A stretch of DNA of 63,639 bases, the filler included, from Reticulomyxa filosa (taxonomy: Eukaryota > Protista > Foraminifera): assembly GCA_000512085.1 (NCBI GenBank). It is 11 parts of 11 records of this genome, joined end to end, with 100 filler letters (N's around TTAATTAATTAA, not from the genome) between each part and the next. Parts side by side here need not be neighbours in the genome. Positions count along the whole stretch, not along the records: positions 52,169 to 58,726 come from ASPP01024183.1; positions 58,827 to 62,130 come from ASPP01026106.1; positions 62,231 to 63,639 come from ASPP01014215.1; 8 more parts are not named here. The stretch is one strand, 5' to 3'. Shown here one piece after another: positions 52,610 to 63,639 of this stretch (its first letter is position 1; each line of letters starts with the position of its first letter). The notes under the pieces are model-generated. The model searched no databases. It saw nothing but the letters and a program-made list of their open reading frames with translations, and was not told where the DNA came from. The translations under genes were made by a program, and so were the position numbers.

Positions 52610-53419
52610 TTAAACATTCTCTTTTGAGTGGAGTGATGAAGAAGAATGTTTGGAGGTATCATCAACATTAAGACTAGGGTTAAAGTTGAAGTCAAGAGAT
52701 AGCATGTCTTGTTTAGACATATTTCGAAGTTGAACTTGTGGGTGATCCTTTTCAATGGCATCGCACAAAGCATTGATATTTTCGACGATCCGAGGAAACA
52801 CGTACTCATGATTCAACAAAGTAAACAAAAGTGGGAAAAATGGAAAGGCGCTCAATATCAACTTGTAAGCAATCGGAGCAGTGCTTAACACTACGTATTG
52901 AAAAGGATTCCAATAAATCAGGCCAATGGTACCCACATACGACAGAGTAACCCCACGCCACGATATGAAATCCAGTGTTTTCAGGTCTTTTGCAAAGGCT
53001 ATAAGTTGGAACAACTTTTCATTATATGCCTTTGGAGAGTCAGAAACTTCCGACAGTTTCCAAAGTGCGCGGTTGAACCACACGCAATGCACATATTCGA
53101 TCAACACTGGGATGCCCAACATCACCAACTCCAGGCCCATTGGCGTGTTCAGATATAATAAAAAGTGATGTGCAATGGGGAAAAATATTGTCGGGATTAC
53201 AAAACCGTAGTATCGAGCAAGCGGCTTTTTCAATAACATACAACCCTTGTGCAACTCTTGTATCCCTTCGTCTGTCGTTCGCACATTGCCTTCGCTCTTA
53301 GCTTCCGGTGATCCACCGACAAAATGTCTCGACGACGTTAAGCGAGGTAGGCACCTCAGATATCTATTACAGTCTTTTTTCGCCCATATTCTGAATGCAA
53401 GTCTGTATTTACAGTTCAT
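52610..53419 (-). CDS. Hypothetical membrane protein with an Arg-rich mitochondrial-presequence-like N-terminus
   Basis: Intact 269-aa ATG ORF with a basic N-terminus and about 4 hydrophobic segments. Confidence 0.55.
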   Translation of the reverse strand: MNCKYRLAFRIWAKKDCNRYLRCLPRLTSSRHFVGGSPEAKSEGNVRTTDEGIQELHKGCMLLKKPLARYYGFVIPTIFFPIAHHFLLYLNTPMGLELVMLGIPVLIEYVHCVWFNRALWKLSEVSDSPKAYNEKLFQLIAFAKDLKTLDFISWRGVTLSYVGTIGLIYWNPFQYVVLSTAPIAYKLILSAFPFFPLLFTLLNHEYVFPRIVENINALCDAIEKDHPQVQLRNMSKQDMLSLDFNFNPSLNVDDTSKHSSSSLHSKENV

Positions 53420-53833
53420 TTTTCAGTTCAATTTTTTTTTCTTTTTTTCTTCGTTCGAAAATTGAAGTACTTGATTTTTCGCTTGTATTTTAGACATTGA
53501 CTCAAATTTCATAAAATTGTACTTCCTTGCAAATGCTCAAACATAATATTATCACTTCGTTCGTTTATGGAACTTAATTCAGATTTTTAAAAAACTGTGG
53601 CCGTTTTTTAAGATTATACTTTTAATTTCAATATACAACTTTACCGTCTATCTAGGAAGTAAATTTGTCATTTTTATGATCGAATAACAACACGACAGAG
53701 TATCCTCATCTCTGTGTAACTTGAGTGGCAAAAACGAAAAGCAAAAGCAAGGAAAGTTTTTGACCAGTTTGTATTAAGTAATACTTAATTTTGCTAAAAA
53801 AAAAAAATTATCTCATCTGTTAAAATCCAAGAA

Positions 53834-54645
53834 ATGGCGTCAAAGGAAAAAAAACCACGTGACTATTTGATCCCAGTTAATTAACTTTTCTTCACAATGA
53901 TTGAAAGAGAGGCAAGTTGCACCAAGCCAAAGTGCCTTGAGAAGACGGAGTGAATGCAAAGCAAAACAAAACAAAATAAAAAACTGGATAGTTGGAAAGC
54001 GTCGGCCCCGTTCCGAAGGGTTTTGAATTAGACACGTCTCGTCTGTTACCATATTTGAGGTCGACCATTGACATATTTCCGCAATCGGGCGACGTGTTAG
54101 TGGAGAAGTTTACCTACGGGCAATCGAACCCAACGTATTTGTTGACATGTATGCCGAGCAAGCAGCGTTTCGTTCTGAGGTAATCAATAAAAAAAAGGGG
54201 GGGGGCAAGGGGGTAAATTTTTTCCAAAAAAAAAAAAAAGGGGGGGGATGAACCTTAAATAAAACAAAACATATATAAGTATACATAAGACGACATTTAA
54301 ATAACCCAAAAAAAAAAAAAAAAAAAAAGGAAAAAACCTGCAGGAAAAATCTTGCCCTCGGCACATGCGATTGACCGTGAGTACCGTGTAATGAGTGCAT
54401 TGAGCAGTACGCGAGTGCCAGTGCCGCGATGTTACTGTTTGTGTTTGGACGAGTCGATAATCGGGACGGCGTTTTACGTGTGCGAGTTTGTGAACGGACG
54501 AATCTACCGACGAGCCGACCTACCAGACCTAAAGAACCCGCACGACCGGTATCGTGTGTACAACGAGTTGATTCGCGTGTTGGCAATGATTCACAGTGTG
54601 AATCTGTACGACGTGAATTTGGTGGATTTGGTGAAGCGTGAAAGC

Positions 54646-54679
<34 letters not shown>

Positions 54680-57104
54680 GTAGTTATGGCGATTATGTGA
54701 AGAGATTACAACATCGTTGGATGACGCAATACGAAAGAGCGCGCTTTGAAGAGACGGAAAACGAGACGGTGAAGCAGTTGTTTGCGGCGCTTAAGCAGTA
54801 CAAACGCAGAGACTTTTGTGGCGATGAGAATGAGCCCAATGGCCTCATTCACGGCGACTTCCGCTTGGACAATGTCATCTTCGACCCCACGCAACACAAG
54901 ATCGTGGCTGTCTTGGATTGGGAGTTGTCGACCATTGGACATCCTTTGACTGATGTCGCTACGTGTGCTTTGTTTTATGTCTTTGAGTCGGGCATTCCAA
55001 AACATTGGAATATTCCTTCTTCTCCTTCTTCTTCTTCTTCTTCGTTTACGAATTTCACTGGATTGAAGGGACTACCTTTACGTACTCTTGGCATTCCTTC
55101 TGAACTAGAGTTTTTGCAATACTACTTGCAGTCCCTCGATTGCCAGGCCAGCTTGTTCCAACACTTTTCTTTCCCCATTCGCGACTGGAACTTCTACTTA
55201 GCTTTATCCCTGTTCCGCAATATCGGCATCTTCCAAGGCATCTATGGGCGCATCAAACAGGGCAACGCGTCCAACCCCATCTTCTCGCTGCAACTGTTCC
55301 GCATGCTCATCCAGTACCTCGCCGACGTCGCTTTGCAAGCCTTAAATCGTGCCGATCTGTTTCAGTCGCTTCAATACTCGGCCTTGGTTCAGTCTCAGTC
55401 TCAGTCTAAACGCACCTTGCAACAAATACATGCGGCTATCATCCCTTTGCACTTGCAACCCTTCCGCGATCTTTTCTCCAAAAACTTTTACCAACACTAC
55501 GCAAATCTCAACTTTTTCATTCAAGCTCACGTCGTGCCCGAAACTAAGAAATACGCCCTTTTTTATTCAGTTCTTTTCTTTTTATGTCTTTGTACTAACA
55601 ATAATACATATATGCATATACATATACATATACATATATGTATATGTATATGTGTTGTGTACAATAAAAGAACCCCAAAAACAAATGGAAAATCTATCCT
55701 GGCATGGAAAAACTGAAAGAAACGGCCAAGTCGTTGCACCTGTGGAACTTGTTTTTGCCCAAAGAATACCCCGAAGGAGCAGGACTCGCGAACATTGAGT
55801 ATGCTCCTTTGTGCGAACTGACGGGTCTTCATCCGGCCATCACGCCCGAAGTCACCAACTGTGCTGCTCCAGATACTGGCAACATGGTCTCATTCTTTTT
55901 TTTTTTCTTCTTGCTCTTGCATCTCAAAAGATCAAAGTCCGAACACATATACATACATACATACATACATACATGTGCATATATCCGAACAAAACAAATT
56001 AGGAAGTCTTGGCGAAATACGGTAACGCGTGGCAAAAAGAAAAGTACTTGAAACCATTGTTGGAAGGCAAGATTCGCTCCTGTTTTGCAATGGTTTTTAT
56101 TTGCTTTGTTTGATTTTGAATAGTGATCATTGTATATACATATATACATATACACATATACATATATATGTATATATGTATAACTAGACTGAAAGAGATG
56201 AAGCGTCAAGTGATGCTCGCAACATCAATTGCAAAATCACTCGCACACAAGATGGCAAATACTATGTTATCAATGGCAGAAAATGGTAAATTTTTTTTTT
56301 TTTTAAAGCCACTTGGTTGAATTGAATGTATATGTATCTGTATCTGTATATGTGTGTGTGCTATTTGAATAATGTGTGTATGTAAAAAGGTGGACAAGTG
56401 GGGCGATGGACCCGAGATGTTCAATATGTATCGTGATGGGCAAAACCGATCGCGATGCCCCAGTGTACTTGCAGCAGTCAATGTTTGTCGTGGAGATGAA
56501 CACTCCAGGCATTCGCATTGCTCGCCATTTGACTGTATTTGGCTATGACGACAACCCTCATGGACACTGCGAAGTGATCTTTGACAATGTCAAAGTCCCC
56601 AAAGAGAATTTGATAAAAGGCGAAGGCATGGGATTTGAAATCGCCCAAGGAAGGCTAGGACCGGGCCGAATCCATCACTGCATGCGATTGATCGGCATGA
56701 GCGAACGTGCGCTGCACCTCATGAAGAACCGAGCTTTGACCCGACAGACCTTTGGCAAAGCTACTGCCAATCACTCCAATATTCGCCAAGATATCGCAGT
56801 CAGTCGTATGGAAATCGAGCAAGCCAGATTGCTGACCTTGCAAGCCGCCGCTTTGATTGACAAATTAGGAAACAAACACCCCAAAACACGACAATATGTG
56901 TCCATGATTAAAGTTGTCGCACCTCAAACCGCTTGTCAAGTCCTTGACAGAGCCATCCAAGTCTTTGGTGGTGCTGGTGTCAGTCAAGACACTGAATTGG
57001 CACACTTGTGGGCTTCTGCAAGATCATTGAGAATTGCTGATGGACCTGACGATGTACACAAAGAGGTGATTGGAAGAGGCGAGTTAGCTTTTGCCAAATT
57101 GTGA
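53834..57104 (+). CDS. ACAD11: Acyl-CoA dehydrogenase family member 10/11 (APH-like kinase + ACAD), peroxisomal PTS1
   Basis: [84 protein letters not shown]; ends in -AKL*. Confidence 0.9.
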
Positions 57105-57758
57105 ATTTAGGTGTTTTCTTTTTTTTTTTAAAAAAAATTAACTTTTCCCCTTATGAAAAGTTCCAGAGGGGGACATGCGTCCTATGCCCTCACCAAACTA
57201 CATTTACGGAAATAATGTTTATCTTCTTAATATTACACTTTGATTAATAATATAACTCACTGACAAATACTTTTCATACCCAGTTTCTCTTAGCAAATGC
57301 TAAGTGATTAACAACTAACTGAGCACTATTTATCTAAGTTTAAGAAGAGGAAGCAAATTTGGAAACTGATTTGATTGTGAAACAGTACAGGAAAGCAAAA
57401 AAGTCTTTTTTATTTCAACAACCACAACACGCAAATACACAAAAAAAACGAGTAAACAGAGGGGCCTCGTCCTTTCATAGTTTGTACTACTCTCGACACA
57501 AGGATAACACGTTCGACAGGCTCATTTCGGAATTTGTCTAATAACATTTTTTTTCTCTACTTTTAATTGCCAGTTCCGAATTTTTGCATCCTGTTTCTCG
57601 CTAGAGGTCCATATCTATATTCCTACGGGTGCAAGCACTGTAATGGAAAATATCGGAACAACAGTGGGCAAATATCTTCAAAAACACTTCTTTTTTTTTT
57701 GTGGAAAAAAAAAAAATTTTTAACAAATAATTACTTTTTTGAAACAGGTTTCTGGGCT

Positions 57759-58661
57759 TCACAATTGTCCCCATAGCCAAATAGTACCATCTTTAGAAGA
57801 GGACACAATAATATTTCCATCTGGAGAAACATCTGCTGCTGTGAGATCATTGAAATGTCCTTCTAATTTTTGTATCTCCATACCGAATTTCACGTCCCAT
57901 AATCGAATTGTATCATCATCTGAACATGAAATAAGAGTTTGGCCATCTGGCGAATATATTGCATCCAAAACTTGATATGGATGTACTTTTAATTTTTGGA
58001 TTTCTTTTCCGGTTTTTACATCCCATATTCGAATTGTATTGTCAGATGAACAGGATACAATAGAACAGCCATTTGGAGAAAACCGTGAATTTAGTACATT
58101 GTCTAAATGTCCTTTCAATTCATTAATCGTTTTACCAGAATGCACATCGAATATTTCGATGGTATTGTCGAAAGACAATGCTACAATAATTTGACCATCA
58201 AATGAAAATTTTACATCATTTATAGTATCTGAAAGCGTTACAAGTTTTATAATTTCTTTTCCAGAGCGCATATTCCACAGTCGAATGGTGTTATCATCGA
58301 AAGCTGATACAACAGTATTTCCATCCGGTAAAAACCGAGCACTTGTTATATGATTTGTATGTCCCTTCACCGCAATCAATTCTCTTCCAGAGTTTACATC
58401 CCATAATCGAATAGTATTATCCCTTGAACAAGACAAAATGGTGTTACCATTTGGAGAAAACTGCACACTCATTATAGTTTTTGAATGCCCATTCAACGAT
58501 TGTATTTCTGTTTTTAATTTAATATCGTATATTCGAATTGTATTATCATTAAAAGCTGCAACAATTTTATTGTTATCTGGTGAGAATCGTACGCGATTCA
58601 CATATTTTGGATTCACACAAATCTTTCCTAATGGTTTGAAATATTTCATCTGTTTATGCAT
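57759..58661 (-). CDS. WD40-repeat protein (7 repeats), last exon; 5' end truncated
   Basis: Repeats GHxxxxxSxxFSPxGxxIxSxSxDNTIRxWD. Confidence 0.85.
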   Translation of the reverse strand: MHKQMKYFKPLGKICVNPKYVNRVRFSPDNNKIVAAFNDNTIRIYDIKLKTEIQSLNGHSKTIMSVQFSPNGNTILSCSRDNTIRLWDVNSGRELIAVKGHTNHITSARFLPDGNTVVSAFDDNTIRLWNMRSGKEIIKLVTLSDTINDVKFSFDGQIIVALSFDNTIEIFDVHSGKTINELKGHLDNVLNSRFSPNGCSIVSCSSDNTIRIWDVKTGKEIQKLKVHPYQVLDAIYSPDGQTLISCSDDDTIRLWDVKFGMEIQKLEGHFNDLTAADVSPDGNIIVSSSKDGTIWLWGQL

Positions 58662-58688
58662 TGCACAAGGAAAACAAAAACTAAATTA

Positions 58689-58726
<38 letters not shown>

Positions 58727-59121
58727 NNNNNNNNNNNNNNNNNNNNNNNNNNNNNNNNNNNNNNNNNNNNTTAATTAATTAANNNNNNNNNNNNNNNNNN
58801 NNNNNNNNNNNNNNNNNNNNNNNNNNCTTGTTTGAAAGTGATTGAATATGGATTCAATGGCTCTTTGTGTCCTATTATCATGGTAGTTTTTTTTTGCAAT
58901 CTACTGTAGATATCATTTACACTAATGATCCCATTCACCAGCCCTGCCAATATAATAAGCTCTTTGGACAAGTCCAATGAAATATCATAATTATAAAACT
59001 CCACAAATCGCATATTGCTGCTTTCTAGATGTTCTTCATTATTATTGTAGAGAGATTCAAGAAATAGAGCTATTTAGATAGAGATAAATTGAATAAAGTA
59101 AATAAAAGAACAAACAAAAGG

Positions 59122-59349
59122 TTATTTCTTATTATGGAGTTGATTATTACAACACCCAATTTTTTGTATCGTCCAATCGCTCACTACTCCGACAATTAGT
59201 CGGTCGATCTTCTGCTGATCCAATGTGGGCACTAGTGGACATAGGTCTTGTAACTTGGGCACCTGGTTCCCGTCTGTTATCAATAGCATCAGTCTATCTC
59301 GTTCTTTTCTATTTGCTTGCGTTTTGAAGATATTTAATGTTTCGTTCAC
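59122..59349 (-). pseudogene. von Willebrand factor A domain fragment
   Basis: LMLLITDGN...IDRLIVGV resembles the C-terminal vWA strands; no intact upstream frame. Confidence 0.35.
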
Positions 59350-59853
59350 CGCCTCCTCTTTACGTCAAGTTTAAAACGTAAAAGTTAAAGTTAATTTTTA
59401 ATTAGTGATACTAGTGTTTTATGTTAAAACTATTTCAACAACTTCTTTATTTTCCTTTTTCTTTTAACTTTTTCAAAGTGGTTGTCAACTGAACCTTGAA
59501 CTTAAGGGGGAAAGTTTGTTTATGCTATTACAAAGAAAGCTTAATACGATATTAAATCAAACAAAGTTATATGAAATTGATGTTGTTTTTTGTTGTTGTT
59601 TTTTTTTTGCAACTTTATTTCATTATAAAAGGAAAAGATAACTTTCAAATCGAGTTGTTCAAATATTTCATATATTAAAAAAACATTTCAGTCAAATGCA
59701 TATACTCGTTTCATCAATTCGCCTTTGATATTTCCCCCCAGCCAGTGAAAACTCAGATACAATCCACAATATCATACAACCTTACGAAAAAAGACAGTTG
59801 AACGGGATTTCAATTTTTTTTTGAGACTACCTAATTCTCATCTTCAATCTGCA

Positions 59854-60342
59854 ATGTGGAAAGGTTTGGTACTAAGCTTACTATGTTTCCTGCTGTTTCA
59901 TTTAGCCTCTTGTGAAGAAGATGAAAAAGTTAAACGAAACTGGTGCTATGAAGACAATTGTTATGACGTTGGGTTTGGACCAAATAGTCGATCATCGTAC
60001 TATCAAAACGAGATACAAGAATTTATCCTTAGAATAGTTATCTTCCCTTTTTTCCTTTTTTCACATGATTTGAATAAACTAAAAACAGAAACTTTCCAAC
60101 AACAACAAAAAAATCAAAAGCCATCAGACAGAAATCCAAACCAAACACAGGCCGACCGTGAAAAATATGCAAAGATCAACCGAACATATGAAATATTATC
60201 CGACTCCCGACCGCGCAGCGAGTATGACCAATATCTGCGAATTCGAGGATCTATGGATTCACCAAAAGATCATCTTCTTTTTCGTCCTTGCATGTTAAAA
60301 AAAAACCCAAAAAAAGTGCATCAGAACACAATCATTAAATAA
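59854..60342 (+). pseudogene. Degenerate secretory J-domain (DNAJC25-like) gene
   Basis: Signal peptide, NWCYEDNCYDV-G, PSDRNP (degenerate HPD) and YAKINRTYEILSD...RSEYDQYL; the interior is disrupted. Confidence 0.5.
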
Positions 60343-60582
60343 CATAAAAAAAAAAGTGTTATATGGATTAGCAGGGTTAAGCATCGTGGAGGCCATTATT
60401 TTGTCTCTTGCACAATGCTATTATAATAAATTAATAAGCAAACATATTTCCACATTACAAATGGACATCGACTTCGATCGTGTTATTAATAAAAAAAAGA
60501 GTATGAGTATAAACTTATTTGAATTTAAATATGTATACATATATGTATATATACATATATATATGATAGATATATAAGGACA

Positions 60583-61790
60583 TTGGAGATTCCTCGAGAT
60601 ATAGCAAAAAATCGAGCATTTTCAGAAAATCTATTTGTAATGGTCATGAAGACACCGACAATTGTGGTGGAACGACATGGTTCTTCCAAGACTCTCGCAA
60701 TGACGACGGTCCAAAGCAATTTATCCTCCTCAAGCAAAAAACAAGCGACTATACGGAATTGGATTCGAAGACTTCTTTATCATGTCGTTTCAATGTTCAA
60801 GGTTGACAACGGCAGATCTGCTCCAAAGGCGATGGGAAAACGCAGTTGCATTCCAAGACAAATTGAAGCGTACATCGGTAAGTGATAAAAAGTTTGATGA
60901 AAAAGAAAAGACTGCTTCGTCCAATGCGCCTGGAGAGATAGTGGAAAAAGTGAATCGAAGTGCCGTGTTGTGGTTGGACGAATTTGGACTATACGAACAA
61001 AGCCCTCATCGGTCATTGAAGGTGCTGCACAAACTATTGGAAGAAGAAGAAGACCGAAAAATTGGCTTTATCGGATTGAGCAATTGGAGATTAGACGCTG
61101 CAAAGGTGAATCGCATGGTCTTGCACCAAGTGACGCAACCTAACGACAAAGAATTGCTTAAAACTGCAGGGGCGATCATTGCCAAAAATAGTAGCAATAA
61201 CAATTTGAACCAGGAGTTATCCATAGCTGTTTTCAAAATTACTCAGTTGTGTTAGGACATTATAAAAGATAGACAGACACTATGTTTGATTTTGACTTTT
61301 ATGGGTATCGAGATTCCTATTCATTAGCCAGCTCGTTGAAGTATTCCTGCAGCGTGTATAATGAACTCATCAATGACTTGCTCATAGAGGCTGTAATGCA
61401 AAATTTTGGAGGCATGACGCAACAGCAAACAGATGCCTTTTTGTTCCATAAACTGGATCGGTTTTGTTATGGAAGAAATCAGAAGTGATTTGGAATAAGT
61501 TTTTACCATTGCATTTGATGAAACAATATTGAGCAGACTCTAGACTAACAAAGGCCAGATATGAAAAATATTATGTTGAAGCTTTTATTCGACTCTGGAA
61601 TTGTGGCAGTAGAATCGACAGAAGTGATATTCGGAAGCAAGTTTTCGAGATTTGCATTCAACTGTCTATTTATATCAAACGATTGAAAGATTGATAAATG
61701 TAATGATCAATGGCAAACTGTGTATCTTATTGAAACTCGAACAATTATATTACTCTTTATCGATGTTCTCGATCAAAGATACCAAGCCGC
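60583..61790 (+). pseudogene. RNF213 (mysterin)-like AAA+ ATPase fragment with frameshifts and stops
   Basis: IAKNRAFSENLF, degenerate Walker A HGSSKTLA, SFQCSRLTT, VLWLDEFGLYEQSPHRSLKVLHKLLE, IGFIGLSNWRLDAAKVNR, FYGYRD.YSL and NFGG. These are RNF213 AAA-core motifs spread over several frames. Confidence 0.75.
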
Positions 61791-61792
61791 TG

Positions 61793-62130
61793 AAAGCATT
61801 ACAATCGTCACAAGAACAAAAGCATTTAATTGAAACAATAATCTAGAACATGCAAGTATAAAAGCATTGCAATCCAAGATTAACAAATATTAAAATATTG
61901 TATAATATAACAAACAAAAGGCATCAAGAGCTTGCAAGTATGAAAGCATTATAATCGATACAAGAATGAAAGAAATACAAAATGTCATATATGAAGATAA
62001 ATATAAAAACATTAAATAGGGAAAGTATAAAAGCATTACAATCGAGACAAGAATAAAAGAATTGCAGTCGAGACAATGATCGATAGCGTGCAAGTATGAA
62101 AGCATTGAAATCGTGACAGTAATAAAAGCA
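61793..62130. repeat. Degenerate minisatellite (AAAGCATT(A/G)(C/T)AATCGxxACAAGAA, often preceded by TGCAAGTAT)
   Basis: The motif recurs at about 61793, 61861, 61943, 62029 and 62099. Confidence 0.55.
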
Positions 62131-62230
62131 NNNNNNNNNNNNNNNNNNNNNNNNNNNNNNNNNNNNNNNNNNNNTTAATTAATTAANNNNNNNNNNNNNN
62201 NNNNNNNNNNNNNNNNNNNNNNNNNNNNNN

Positions 62231-62365
62231 CTGCTGCTGCTGCTGCTGCTGTGCTTGGATCTGCATTTGCTGCAGTTGTGTGTTCGGAAATGTCAACCGA
62301 TGACCATTATTCACCACCACCGAGCTCGACGATGTTGACGGAACTGGGTTTGATGACGACGACAT
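62231..62365 (-). CDS. Fragment of a Ser/Gln-rich (polyQ) protein running into the gap
   Basis: MSSSSNPVPSTSSSS...QAQQQQQQQ with a CAG repeat at the contig end. Confidence 0.3.
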
Positions 62366-62845
62366 TCAAACACTTTTTGCACACAAAACTAAAGTACACT
62401 GTCGTAATTAAACAATTTTGCGTTTTGATATCCACAAAACGCTCACCATACAATGTTTGCAGCTTTCGTTGTACTTTCTCATCTATTGCCCCCCTTCATA
62501 CGTAACGTACTTTTTTTTTTTTTTTTGGAAACGTGTACAAAGACTGTCCCATTGCGTACTTGAGCCAGAAATTTGCACCGACGATCGTAAAGTATGTTAC
62601 AAAACATACACCGCGCAAATGCAAGCAGATATCGTGTGGATTACTTGCCCGACATTTTCCACTAACAACCTCCAAGTGTGATTTTTGCCACTTGGCAGCA
62701 AACATGTGAATTTTTTAAAACTAAAACGCGAGGGAGAAAGCAGATCTCATTAGATCTTTTTAAAAAAAACTTCAAGTTTTTTTGCTGTGGAAGACAGGAT
62801 CACTTTTTTAAATTTTTATATATACAATCATTTCCAATTTTGGAC

Positions 62846-63590
62846 ATGTCCACGATAGAGAGTATTCTTGAGAAGCTGGTGACCTTGGGAGGTCGCGAGC
62901 CTTTACAAGTAGCAAAATTCATGACGCTGATGTTCGTGGCGGCGTACTTGGGTGGAACAGTGAGCAAGACGGTAATGAGATATGGTAAGTGAAAAAACAA
63001 GAAAGGGGGGGGGAATGAATGTGTGATTCCAAAAAAAAAAAACAAAAATGTAAAAAAAAAAAAGGGATAAAGCGCACACTATTATGGATTGGGATATCGG
63101 CATACCAAGCGTACAAGCCAAGCGGAGTATCAGAGGAATTGAAAAACATCAAAAACAAAATTCGTCACGGTTTGATCCCGGAGGAAATCGATAAATTGGA
63201 GAGAAACGAGGAGATTCCACAACAAGGAGTGGACCCGAAGGCGTTGTTGCGTCAAATGCAAGAGTGGAGCAATTTCGAAATGGCGAAATGGGACGGGAAC
63301 AAGAAGATCGTGAGTGGAGCAGTGTATCACGGAGGCAAGGATTTGCAGCAATGTATGAACGAAGCATATGGATTATTTTCGTTGTCGAACCCTTTGCATC
63401 CGGACCTGTTTCCATATGTACGTAAAATGGAAGCCGAAATTATCGCCATGAGTGTCAGCTACTTCCACGGGGACCCTCGCCAGCAGTGTGGACTGGTTAC
63501 CAGTGGAGGAACTGAAAGCATTGTCTTGGCCATTCGAGCTTACAAGCTTTGGGCAAGACAAGAAAAAGGCATTCATTGCCCTGAATTGTT
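62846..63590 (+). CDS. SGPL1: Sphingosine-1-phosphate lyase (PLP-dependent), 5' part
   Basis: Exon 1 from ATG 62846 encodes a TM segment. Manual translation of exon 2 gives KIVSGAVYHGG...FSLSNPLHPDLFPYVRKMEAEII...GLVTSGGTESIVLAIRAYK. Confidence 0.88.
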
Positions 63591-63639
63591 ATACATTTTT
63601 TTTTTTTTTTTTTTTTTTCTTCTTTTTTTTTTTTTTTTT

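Noticed and set aside
61793-62130. Repeat-spacer pattern as a CRISPR array
   Set aside because: The repeats are degenerate and irregularly spaced, and the intervening sequence is itself repeat-derived.

Overview
This is AT-rich, intron-containing eukaryotic (protist) DNA, not prokaryotic. It consists of 11 unrelated contigs joined by an artificial N-TTAATTAATTAA-N linker, so neighbourhoods are only meaningful within a contig. Poly-A/T and (TA)n-rich introns, expanded NACHT/WD40/RNF213-like families and many frameshifted copies suggest a foraminiferan such as Reticulomyxa (inference). Housekeeping genes include TBCE, a DHX35-like DEAH helicase, a tandem GST-N protein, a TMEM245-like protein, a cyclin, PSTK (only partly visible in the ORF track), an annexin, ACAD10/11 and sphingosine-1-phosphate lyase. 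The most interesting part is the AT-rich contig 19783-39296, an apparent innate-immunity (NLR/STAND) island with two convergent NACHT receptors carrying enzymatic effectors. One is UBA-like + Cys4 Zn-ribbon + RelA/SpoT-type nucleotidyltransferase + NACHT + pentapeptide + about 15 near-identical WD40 repeats with HET-E-like hypervariable positions. The other is NACHT + HEAT/ARM + ankyrin + a C-terminal putative His-Asp-Gln-Cys cysteine protease. The same contig holds copies of a small TG...CA element family with 4-bp target duplications.
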